Origin: an uncultured Christensenella sp.
Lineage (GTDB): Bacteria > Bacillota > Clostridia > Christensenellales > UBA3700
DNA length: 64,000 bases
Assembly: GCA_950079155.1 (NCBI GenBank)
Contig: CATMWH010000003.1
Span: 103,739-167,738, forward strand
Direction of reading: 5' to 3'
Numbering within the stretch: the stretch's first letter is position 1; every line of letters begins with the position of its first letter. Under the pieces are notes generated by a model. It was not told the DNA's origin. It saw only the letters and a program-made list of their open reading frames with translations, and did no database searches. Below, piece by piece: positions 46,685 through 54,991 of this stretch. The translations under genes were made by a program, and so were the position numbers.

Positions 46685-48601
46685 ATGGCTCAAAGAATAA
46701 CTAAAAGCAATAAGGGCGTAATGTCCATACTTAGCAGACTTATCAAGTATATGTTTGAATATTATAAATTGCCTTTGATCATTGTGCTTATTTGCATTAC
46801 GCTCAACTCTATGGCGGCAATAAGTTCGTCGATATTTATTGAGAGAATTGTCAATGACGTTATTACCCCGGGCATTGCAAACGGTTGGGATAGCGTTAAA
46901 GACAAGTTGCTCACAATCATAGGTATTATGATAGGCATATATATTGTCGGACTCATAGCCTCGTTTGTATATACCAGAATTATGGCGCACGTTACGCAGG
47001 GATTTTTGTATCACGTCCGCAACGATATGTTCAATAAGATGCAATCGCTTCCCATCAAGTTCTTTGATACTCATACGCACGGCGATATTATGAGTATTTA
47101 CACCAATGATACGGATGCTATTCGCCAACTTATTTCGCAGAGTATTCCGCAGGCTTACGCCTCTTTAGTTGCGGTCATTACGTTGCTTGTAACAATGTTG
47201 GTTTCGAGCATATGGCTTACTTTAGTAGTACTTGCCGGCGTAGGCGTAATGGTAATGGTCATAAGACTCATAGGCGGAAAGAGCGCAAAATACTTTATGC
47301 TTCAACAGGGCGCGATAGGCAAGACGGAAGGATTTATAGAAGAGATGATGCACGGACAAAAAGTGGTCAAGGTGTTCTGTCACGAAGAGCAATCTAAGTC
47401 AGACTTTGACGCTATCAACAATTCGCTTTTCAAAGCCAGCGAGAAAGCCAATAAATACGCAAATATCTTAATGCCGACGCTTGGCAACATCGGTCACGTG
47501 CTCTATGTCGTCGTTGCAATCGTAGGAGGTATTCTTGTACTGGCAGGCGCGCGCAATCTTACTTTGACGGGGCTGGCGGTCGGCGGCATAGAGATGGGCG
47601 CAATAGTAGCGTTTTTGAATATGAGCAGACAGTTTACGTTCAATATTTCTCAAGTATCTACCCAACTTAACGCTGTCGTAATGGCTACTGCCGGCGCGGA
47701 TAGAATATTCAAGTTGCTTGACCAAACTTCAGAGTTGGACGAAGGCTACGTTACTCTTGTCAATGCCAAAGAAGAAGACGGTAAACTCGTTGAGTGTCAA
47801 GAGCGCACGGGTATATGGGCGTGGAAGCATCCTCATAAGGCAGACGGCACCGTTACGTTTGAAAGACTTACCGGAGATATTGAACTAAACGAAGTTGACT
47901 TTGGCTACGTGCCTGACAAACTCGTGCTGCACGACGTGACTATACACGCCAAGCCGGGACAAAAGTTTGCGTTCGTAGGCGCTACCGGCGCAGGAAAGAC
48001 TACTATAACCAATCTTATCAACAGATTTTACGATATAGCAGACGGTAAGATACGTTATGACGGTATCAATATCAATAAGATAAAGAAAGGCGACTTGCGC
48101 AGGTCTTTAGGTATAGTATTGCAAGATACCAATCTCTTTACCGGCACGATAATGGACAATATACGTTACGGAAGGCTTGACGCAACAGACGACGAATGTA
48201 TCGCGGCGGCAAAACTTGCCAATGCTCACGATTTTATCACGCGTCTTCCCAATGGGTACGAGACGATGCTTGCGGGCGACGGTTCAAATCTATCGCAGGG
48301 GCAAAAGCAGTTGCTTTCAATAGCAAGAGCGGCAGTAGCCGACGCTCCGGTAATGATTTTGGACGAGGCGACGTCGTCAATAGATACTCGCACTGAGGCG
48401 CTTGTCCAACAAGGTATGGACAGACTTATGGAAGGCAGAACGGTATTTGTAATTGCGCATAGACTTTCCACAGTGCAGAACTCCGATATGATCATTGTGC
48501 TTGACCACGGTCGTATTATAGAAAGCGGTAATCACGAAGAACTTATTGCGCAAGGCGGTCAGTATTATCAATTGTATACCGGTGCCTTCGAATTAGAATG
48601 A
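46685..48601 (+). CDS. ABC exporter permease/ATPase half-transporter, consensus-site subunit
   Basis: 638 aa. Walker A GATGAGKTT, signature LSQGQKQLL (non-canonical), Walker B MILDEATSSID, H-loop IAHRLS. About 50 aa are inserted before the NBD. Confidence 0.88.
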   Translation: MAQRITKSNKGVMSILSRLIKYMFEYYKLPLIIVLICITLNSMAAISSSIFIERIVNDVITPGIANGWDSVKDKLLTIIGIMIGIYIVGLIASFVYTRIMAHVTQGFLYHVRNDMFNKMQSLPIKFFDTHTHGDIMSIYTNDTDAIRQLISQSIPQAYASLVAVITLLVTMLVSSIWLTLVVLAGVGVMVMVIRLIGGKSAKYFMLQQGAIGKTEGFIEEMMHGQKVVKVFCHEEQSKSDFDAINNSLFKASEKANKYANILMPTLGNIGHVLYVVVAIVGGILVLAGARNLTLTGLAVGGIEMGAIVAFLNMSRQFTFNISQVSTQLNAVVMATAGADRIFKLLDQTSELDEGYVTLVNAKEEDGKLVECQERTGIWAWKHPHKADGTVTFERLTGDIELNEVDFGYVPDKLVLHDVTIHAKPGQKFAFVGATGAGKTTITNLINRFYDIADGKIRYDGININKIKKGDLRRSLGIVLQDTNLFTGTIMDNIRYGRLDATDDECIAAAKLANAHDFITRLPNGYETMLAGDGSNLSQGQKQLLSIARAAVADAPVMILDEATSSIDTRTEALVQQGMDRLMEGRTVFVIAHRLSTVQNSDMIIVLDHGRIIESGNHEELIAQGGQYYQLYTGAFELE

Positions 48602-48646
48602 GCGCATATATTAGTGCGCTCACGTTAAATTTTACAAAACAATCCT

Positions 48647-48687
48647 ATGTCATTTCGACTGGAGCGTAGCGTAATGGAGAAATCTTA
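48647..48687 (+). repeat. Copy D of the dispersed repeat (long variant, ATGTCATTTCGACTGGAGCGTAGCGTAATGGAGAAATCTTA)
   Basis: Same termini as copies A-C, with about 11 extra nt in the centre. Confidence 0.7.
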
Positions 48688-48696
48688 ACTGATTAG

Positions 48697-48736
48697 AAAA
48701 CGCAGTATATCAAATTTGACGTACTGCGTTTTTTTA
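48697..48736. terminator. Bidirectional terminator between the ABC genes and the convergent thiT-like gene
   Basis: AAAACGCAGTA ...loop... TACTGCGTTTTTTT. Confidence 0.75.
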
Positions 48737-48758
48737 GTCTTATATAAACTTTTACAGT

Positions 48759-49784
48759 TTAATTATCAACTTTAGAAGAAGATTCGTCTTTTATTACTTC
48801 GTCTTGTTGAGTACTGCATACTTCTTTGACGGCAATATTAACTTGGCTTGCGACAGTTTGGTTTGCAAGCATTTTTGCTCTTTGCTTATATACGACTTCA
48901 TTCATAAATGCTTTTGATGAGAAGAGAATCACGCCAAGTGCAAGCACAATTGCAATATCTACGAATACAAAAGAATTGTACGCAAGGCTGTATACGTACG
49001 CGTTTTGACCTGCGTCGGCGGCGTATTTGCCGAATGCAAACGCGCCTGAGAGAAAGTGCGACAAAAATCTCAATACGCTGGCGAGGATACCGCCTAGCAG
49101 TAGAGATACTTGCGGACACTTCTTGAATACTTCCATCTTAGCGAACGCTCCGCTTATGCCTATTGCGGAAAAGGCTATTGGATAGTCAAGCAAGAATTGC
49201 ACGGGGTGTATAATATATGGGTCTTGTATTGCTTGCAATACGCCGTAGATAACGCCTATCAGCAAGCCTTTTTTCACTCCGAATATATAGGAAAAAATCA
49301 TAAGCGGAAGAAGGGAAGCAAGCGTAACGCTGCCGCCTTGGGGTAATCTGAACAAGCGTACATACGATAAGGCAAAACTCATTGCAATGCAAATTGCGCC
49401 AAATGCGACTGACCGCGAATCAAATTTAAAGTTATCGTTTTTGCCGAGTACAAATGTAAGGACCGTGATTGCGGCTACCAATAAGACTGCGCTTATATAC
49501 ATCGGCGCGTCCTTAAAGTAAGGGGAGTAATAGTCGTCATTTTTGATATTGTCGACGTAATACTTGCCTATAAGAGCCATACAAATAATTGCGGCGGAAA
49601 TGCAAAGCGCTATTGCTATATAGATAAGTATTCCAATAGTCTTTGGAGCGCGCTTTCGCAGATAAAGCAAAAACATAAATGCAAAAAGCGCAATGAATAA
49701 TGCGAAGATAGGCCAGAAGAGAAGGTCGGGCAATTCGTCGCCGTCTGACGTCTTTACAGCCATCAGCAAGAGTAGGTTGTTCAT
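48759..49784 (-). CDS. thiT: ThiT/YuaJ-like thiamine transporter S-component with an N-terminal ~3-TM extension
   Basis: The C-terminal ~190 aa resemble ThiT (FRLPQGGSVTLASLLPLMIFSYIFGVKKG, DYPIAF). A TPP riboswitch lies directly upstream. The ATG at 49784 follows AAGGAGA; track start at 49868 rejected. Confidence 0.6.
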   Translation of the reverse strand: MNNLLLLMAVKTSDGDELPDLLFWPIFALFIALFAFMFLLYLRKRAPKTIGILIYIAIALCISAAIICMALIGKYYVDNIKNDDYYSPYFKDAPMYISAVLLVAAITVLTFVLGKNDNFKFDSRSVAFGAICIAMSFALSYVRLFRLPQGGSVTLASLLPLMIFSYIFGVKKGLLIGVIYGVLQAIQDPYIIHPVQFLLDYPIAFSAIGISGAFAKMEVFKKCPQVSLLLGGILASVLRFLSHFLSGAFAFGKYAADAGQNAYVYSLAYNSFVFVDIAIVLALGVILFSSKAFMNEVVYKQRAKMLANQTVASQVNIAVKEVCSTQQDEVIKDESSSKVDN

Positions 49785-49815
49785 AGTTTGTCTCCTTTTT
49801 CGCCGACGAATGAAA

Positions 49816-49940
49816 ATAAAAAGCGCCCAATTAAACAATTGGGCGCCAATATACTTTCTGCGTTTCACGCGCTTTCGTTCAAGTATTACCTTGTCCGATT
49901 CAAGTGGTATAATCTCAGCTTTTTACAGCACCCACGGCGA
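49816..49940 (-). promoter_or_regulatory. TPP (THI-box) riboswitch with an intrinsic terminator expression platform
   Basis: The minus-strand RNA reads CGCCGUGGGUGCUGUAAAAAGCUGAGAUUAUACCACUUGAAUCGGACAAGGUAAUACUUGAACGAAAGCGCG. It contains the GGGUGC...CUGAGA...ACC core and the pyrophosphate-sensor helix CAAG-GUAAUA-CUUG. The terminator GGCGCCCAAUUGUUUAAUUGGGCGCUUUUUAUUUU follows. Confidence 0.75.
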
Positions 49941-50088
49941 ATATATATTTATTTATATATCAAATATATTATAAGTCTTTGAATTTGTCAAACGCTTTGT
50001 TAAAAATTTTAAAATAATTTGTCGATTTTAGATTTCTTCACCTCGCATTGTTTGAAATGACAAGTCAAGCAATGTTAAAATCTTTGCA

Positions 50089-50120
50089 TAAAAAAGTGGG
50101 TCGCATTTTTGCGACCCACT
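50089..50120 (-). terminator. Terminator downstream of the 681-aa lipoprotein gene
   Basis: GTGGGTCGC AAAAAT GCGACCCAC followed by TTTTTT on the minus strand. Confidence 0.8.
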
Positions 50121-50141
50121 GTGTTGATAGGCTAAATCAAA

Positions 50142-52187
50142 TTATTTAGCGCAGTTGCCGTATTTGAACTCAGTCAACTTGAGTATCAAGTCAATCTTCA
50201 TCTTAATACCGCTGCCGAAGTCGATTTCTGCAGCCGCATCGCTAAGTTTAGCAGCCGACTTAGCCGTAATGGTAATGCCGTTGCTGTTTACTTCTACTTT
50301 AGCGGATACATTTGCTTTGCGCTCTTCTTCTCGATTAAGAATTATGTTGAGAAGTGAAGCGTCAATCGTAATGCCGTTTTTGCTTGCTTCAGCCTTAACG
50401 TTGATGGTTGTGTCGCCATAGTCTTTGTCGACTACCGGATTGCCATCCTTGTCATAAACAAGTACTTCGCCACTTTCGCCGGTTTCTTCATCAACTTTTA
50501 CTTCAGTCTTATACTTGATATTCTCAGAAACAGTGTGATTTTGTACATCAACGCTGATTTTGCCATCGTTTACAATCAAGGTTAAGTTCTTTACGAGAGC
50601 AGCAAGAGCGTCCCAATCTACTTCGTCTTCATTGGTGTCGCCGGAAGAAGTTGAGCCGGAAGTGTCGCCTGATACATCGCCCGATACATCTCCTGAAACG
50701 TCGCCGCTGCCTATTCCGGGTTCATCTTCCTTGTCTGGAGGGAGAAGCGGCTTAATAGCGTTGATAACACCTGAAATGCTCATTCCGTTGCCAAGCAAGC
50801 CTGATATTGCTGTGCCAAGTTCTCCAATCAAAGAAAGATCAGTCAAGTTAACATTGCCGTCAATAATAGAAACGTCAAGTTTGAGATTTGGATTTTCTAT
50901 GCTTACAATCTTAATGCTGAGTACGTTGATTACTCTAGTTGCGATAGTTTCAACCAAGGTCAAGATTTCGCTTGTCTTCTTTGCATTGAAGCTTACGCCG
51001 ATAAGTTGAGTAGGATCAAGATCTGCAGCAAGTTCTATTGTATATTTGCCTGTAGGAATCTCAAGCGGAATATTCTTACCGTTGAGATTAATATTCACGC
51101 CGATTGCTTCTTTGAGTTCAAGTTCGCCGGCTGCAGTAAAGTTGATTGCGCTGATTGGCTTATAAGCGGATGGATCTGCGAGCGGACGCGGAGCATTGCT
51201 TGCGCTGTTGCCGAATGCAAAGTCAAGATCGAGACCGATGTTGCAATCTTTAGCGATGTTTACGCGTACAAAGTCGGTATTGTCAATTCTTGTGATTTTG
51301 ATATCTTTCTTAGGTACGCCCAATTTTGCTTCGATACCGGCAAATTCAGCATCCTCAAAATCGTCGGCTCCTGCGCCTTTAAGTTTGATAGAAAGATCTA
51401 TCGTCAAAGCTGGGAGGAGAGTCTTGAGATCGGAAGACTTCAAAGTAAGTCCGAGGTTTTCGGTATACTCGTCGATTATTTTCAAGTTATCCAACAAAGC
51501 GCCTGCTTTCTCAAAAATAGTATTGAGGTCAAGACGAAGAAGAACTTCGCTGTTGTCATTAGACTGATAGAGTTTTCCGAGAGAAGCTACGGTATCCATT
51601 ATAGTGAATACGTTGTCGCCCAAGAAGGATTGAATCTTGTTGTCGATTGCGTCCGATTCTTCATCTGACACGTTTGCATTTTGATCTCTCAAAACAGTCT
51701 TGATGCTGAGTCCCTTGATAGCAAAATGCTGAGCGCTGTCACCGCTGCCGAGATCGACATAAAGATCGCCGAGGCCGAGTTTGTCTGTTTCGGAAGTAGC
51801 AAGAGTCTCTACATAATATACGTTAAGGACATTTGCATTGTTAGCCTTTACGTCAACGATGGACAAACCGAAGTTGGTCTCATTGTTATCGGCAGTGTTC
51901 AATGCTACGTTAGCGCCAAATTTAACAAGATATTCTTTTGTTGAATCACCGTATTCGGTGTTTACTCTCAATTGAGCGCTAGCCTTAAGGTTGTTAATCC
52001 TATTTCCGTTTGAAGAATTGTAGAGAGCATCTCCCAATAATGACGACAGAGATGTGCTCATATTCTTGTAGCCTTCCGGTGCGGCATTAGGATCAGTTTT
52101 CGGTTTACAACCGACTAAAGCCGTCACAGCAAGAGAAAGAACCATCACTGCTATCAAAAGAAAGATAACTAGTTTTTTCTTTTTCAT
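50142..52187 (-). CDS. Large hypothetical lipoprotein with a (GDVS)n linker
   Basis: 681 aa. MKKKKLVIFLLIAVMVLSLAVTALVGC|KPK lipobox. Asn/Asp/Leu-rich and beta-strand-like throughout. Central GSGDVSGDVSGDVSGDTSGSTSSGD. Confidence 0.65.
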   Translation of the reverse strand: MKKKKLVIFLLIAVMVLSLAVTALVGCKPKTDPNAAPEGYKNMSTSLSSLLGDALYNSSNGNRINNLKASAQLRVNTEYGDSTKEYLVKFGANVALNTADNNETNFGLSIVDVKANNANVLNVYYVETLATSETDKLGLGDLYVDLGSGDSAQHFAIKGLSIKTVLRDQNANVSDEESDAIDNKIQSFLGDNVFTIMDTVASLGKLYQSNDNSEVLLRLDLNTIFEKAGALLDNLKIIDEYTENLGLTLKSSDLKTLLPALTIDLSIKLKGAGADDFEDAEFAGIEAKLGVPKKDIKITRIDNTDFVRVNIAKDCNIGLDLDFAFGNSASNAPRPLADPSAYKPISAINFTAAGELELKEAIGVNINLNGKNIPLEIPTGKYTIELAADLDPTQLIGVSFNAKKTSEILTLVETIATRVINVLSIKIVSIENPNLKLDVSIIDGNVNLTDLSLIGELGTAISGLLGNGMSISGVINAIKPLLPPDKEDEPGIGSGDVSGDVSGDVSGDTSGSTSSGDTNEDEVDWDALAALVKNLTLIVNDGKISVDVQNHTVSENIKYKTEVKVDEETGESGEVLVYDKDGNPVVDKDYGDTTINVKAEASKNGITIDASLLNIILNREEERKANVSAKVEVNSNGITITAKSAAKLSDAAAEIDFGSGIKMKIDLILKLTEFKYGNCAK

Positions 52188-52220
52188 AATAACCTCCTAA
52201 GTTATTTTGTTTTTTATTTA

Positions 52221-52249
52221 ATTATAAAGTTAAAATACCGTTATGTCAA
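52221..52249 (-). promoter_or_regulatory. Promoter TTGACA-17-TATAAT (minus strand) for the 681-aa lipoprotein
   Basis: Reverse-complement hexamers at 52244-52249 and 52221-52226. Confidence 0.6.
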
Positions 52250-52364
52250 TAGAAATTCAAAATTTTATGCGCTTATCTTTATTAAATATTTCTTGAATGC
52301 GCGTTATATTCTTGTAAGTTTTTACTATCATTATCAAAAGTCGAGAATAGGCGTTGCAAGCCTC

Positions 52365-52709
52365 TTATCTTGCAAATACTATGATATCTTCAAGCGTAAC
52401 GTCGCAGAGTTGACAATATACGTAGAGATCTTCTATGGATATGATAGACCGTGCGTCTTCCCAATTTGCAATTTGGGAGTCGGACCATCCCACAACAGCG
52501 CGGGCGAGTTCGCTTCTTGAGATATGGTTGTCCATCTCAAAAGTGCAGGTTGCGCATTTTGCTCCGCCCTCGCAATAAGTTTTGCTGTCCTCTTGGCTTC
52601 TGCAATATGCGCATACGTTTTTAATTAAGTTTACATTGTGTCGTCTCAAATATTCGAGATTTTTTCCGGTTTTTATCCAATCAATAGTTCTTCCGCAAAA
52701 CTGTTTCAT
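52365..52709 (-). CDS. XRE-like HTH protein with a Cys-rich insertion
   Basis: 114 aa from the ATG at 52709 (SD GGAG). HTH core ISRSELARAVVGWSDSQIANWEDARSIISIEDL is preceded by VCAYCRSQEDSKTYCEGGAKCATC. Confidence 0.6.
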   Translation of the reverse strand: MKQFCGRTIDWIKTGKNLEYLRRHNVNLIKNVCAYCRSQEDSKTYCEGGAKCATCTFEMDNHISRSELARAVVGWSDSQIANWEDARSIISIEDLYVYCQLCDVTLEDIIVFAR

Positions 52710-52802
52710 TACATTACTCCGATTTTTTATAGTTTTATTATAACATATAAAAATCATCTTTTCAATAAATTTTTACAATTTAGTCTAACGCCGCGTCGAC
52801 AA

Positions 52803-54008
52803 TCACTCTCTTTCATTTAGCATCAAGCGATTATTGTCTTTTTTAAGCAATACTAAAGACGCAACTGTAAATATTAGCACAAATATGCTTGCCGTCGCAA
52901 TGCCGCCTTTTAATCCGAGCGACGACGCGTCAGATACGTAGCCGACTATACTGGGGCCCAACGTACAGCCTATATCTCCTCCCAAGGCGAGCAGTGCAAA
53001 CATTGCGGTGCCGCCTTGCGGAATATTCTTGGACGCGGCGTCAAGCGTGCCCGGCCACGTTATGCTTACGCAAAATCCGCACAGCGCGCAGGCTATCAGA
53101 CAAAGTAGAGAAGAATTGCTTGCGGCGGCAATTATATAGCAGAGCAGACACCCGGCGCCTGCAATCGGCAGTATTCTCTTGATATGAATTTTATATCCAA
53201 AAAGTCCATAAAAAAGTCTGCCAAGCCCCATTAGCAAAGCAAAACTGAAAGGACCGACAAGATCGCCCATTGACTTATTGAGGTTGAGCCCTTTTTCGGC
53301 AAAATACGATACCCATTGACTTATTGCCTGCTCCATAGCTCCTGAGCATAAAATCAGAATTAAAAACAGGAAGAACATTTTGTTTTTTATCAGACCTTTA
53401 AGTCCTATGCTTTCTCCTCGTTGTTCGTTGAGAGTAGAACAAGGCACAAGACAAAAGAATATAGCGTTTATTATTGGTATAATGGCGAAAGAAAACGTTA
53501 AATATCGCCATTGGGTTCTATCGAATACAGTAAAGTACAGCACTGTCACCAACACTATCGACAGATATCCAAAACTATAAAACGAGTGTAAAAGAGATAG
53601 TTTTCCTTCTTTTTGATTGGGTATCGCCTCTACTATCGGAGACGTAATAACTTCAAGCATACCTCCGCCCATTGCCATAATAATTATTGCTATGACCAGA
53701 CCTGTATACGGATTAAGTAAATAGGGCAGTATTCCCATAAGAGCGGCGCCTAAAGCCACGAAAGCGTGAGAAATTATCATCGTAATACGATAACCGATTT
53801 TGTCCATAATTTTTGCGCTCAATGCGTCCATTATAAGTTGCACTATAAATGTCAGCGTAATAAGCGCGGTTAGTCCGGTGAGAGATATTGAAAATTCGTC
53901 TTGAAAACATACGAACAACAACGGCGGCAGATTGATTTCGATTGCTTGAATTGCGCTTGCGACGCAACAGGAATTAAAGGTATGTTTATAGTTTTTCAGT
54001 CTGTTCAT
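52803..54008 (-). CDS. MFS transporter
   Basis: 401 aa, about 12 TM segments, typical MFS loop patterns. Confidence 0.75.
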   Translation of the reverse strand: MNRLKNYKHTFNSCCVASAIQAIEINLPPLLFVCFQDEFSISLTGLTALITLTFIVQLIMDALSAKIMDKIGYRITMIISHAFVALGAALMGILPYLLNPYTGLVIAIIIMAMGGGMLEVITSPIVEAIPNQKEGKLSLLHSFYSFGYLSIVLVTVLYFTVFDRTQWRYLTFSFAIIPIINAIFFCLVPCSTLNEQRGESIGLKGLIKNKMFFLFLILILCSGAMEQAISQWVSYFAEKGLNLNKSMGDLVGPFSFALLMGLGRLFYGLFGYKIHIKRILPIAGAGCLLCYIIAAASNSSLLCLIACALCGFCVSITWPGTLDAASKNIPQGGTAMFALLALGGDIGCTLGPSIVGYVSDASSLGLKGGIATASIFVLIFTVASLVLLKKDNNRLMLNERE

Positions 54009-54203
54009 TTATATGTAGTTCTCTTTTTATCGTAAAGTTCAAAGCGCGGTATTGTGACTTGTCGTCGTTTTATTATATGAAATAAATGCGTATACTAGTT
54101 ACTATAATCCAAGCGCAATAATTACATTATTTTGCGATAACTATTCGTACGTATTAGACTCTTTTACGTCGTTAAAATCAAAATGGCGTCGCCGTCACGT
54201 AAG

Positions 54204-54935
54204 TTAAATAATTAGTCCGCCGTTGACGGCAATTATTTGACCTGTGACGTAACTTGACTTATCGCTTGTCAGCCATAATACCGCGTCGGCCACGTCCTGA
54301 GGTTTGCCGACGCGCGCAAGCGGAACTTCTGCTATCACTGCGTTTTTTTCTTCTTGCGTCAGATTAGAATTTATATCCGTGTCTATGAATCCCGGCGCAA
54401 CGCAATTTACTCTTATGCCATTTAATGCAAGTTCTTTTGCAAGGGCTTTTGAGAAGGCTATCACGCCGCCTTTAGTAGCGGAGTAGACGCTTTCGCAACT
54501 TCCGCCAACCTGTCCCCACATAGACGATACAGTAACTATATTGCCACTCTTTTGGGTCAGCATAACTTTGCTTGCTTCTCTGCAAAGAGTAATACAGCCA
54601 ATCAGATTGGTATTGATTACGTTGGTTATATTTTCGTCGGAGTGTTCGATCAACATTCCGTATGCGCCGATCCCTGCGTTTGCCACGAGTACGTCGACAG
54701 TGGAGTATTTTGTCTTTACGTACTCTACCATTGTTTTTACTTGGTCGGGCGAACTTACGTCGCATTTGTACGCTTCGGCAATACCGCCGTCATTTATGAT
54801 TAAGTCGCAGACTTCTTGAGCTTTGTCGGCGTTGTTGCAATAACCTACTATTACAGCGTATCCCTCTTTTGCCAAAGATACGGCGATAGCGCTGCCTATT
54901 CCTCTTGATGCTCCCGATATAATTGCCGTTTTCAT
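54204..54935 (-). CDS. SDR-family oxidoreductase (FabG-like)
   Basis: 243 aa. TGASRGIG-type ISGASRGIGSAIA, NAG, catalytic S..YSATKGG. The start is fixed by the Rossmann N-terminus. Confidence 0.85.
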   Translation of the reverse strand: MKTAIISGASRGIGSAIAVSLAKEGYAVIVGYCNNADKAQEVCDLIINDGGIAEAYKCDVSSPDQVKTMVEYVKTKYSTVDVLVANAGIGAYGMLIEHSDENITNVINTNLIGCITLCREASKVMLTQKSGNIVTVSSMWGQVGGSCESVYSATKGGVIAFSKALAKELALNGIRVNCVAPGFIDTDINSNLTQEEKNAVIAEVPLARVGKPQDVADAVLWLTSDKSSYVTGQIIAVNGGLII

Positions 54936-54941
54936 ACAACT

Positions 54942-54970
54942 ATTATATCCAATCGGTTGAAGAAAATCAA
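54942..54970 (-). promoter_or_regulatory. Promoter TTGATT-17-TATAAT, 6 nt from the SDR ATG (candidate leaderless)
   Basis: Reverse-complement hexamers at 54965-54970 and 54942-54947. ATG at 54933-54935. No SD. Confidence 0.6.
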
Positions 54971-54985
54971 CTTTTGTTGTATAAT
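54957..54985 (+). promoter_or_regulatory. Promoter TTGAAG-17-TATAAT, 6 nt from the helicase ATG (candidate leaderless)
   Basis: Hexamers at 54957-54962 and 54980-54985. ATG at 54992. No SD. Confidence 0.6.
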
Positions 54986-54991
54986 TGAATT

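Noticed and set aside
50662-50709. A short tandem repeat that might be taken for a CRISPR-like or phase-variation tract.
   Set aside because: It has only about four imperfect 12-nt units, in frame, inside a long ORF, and it encodes a GDVS linker. A frameshifting switch is not possible with a unit length divisible by 3.
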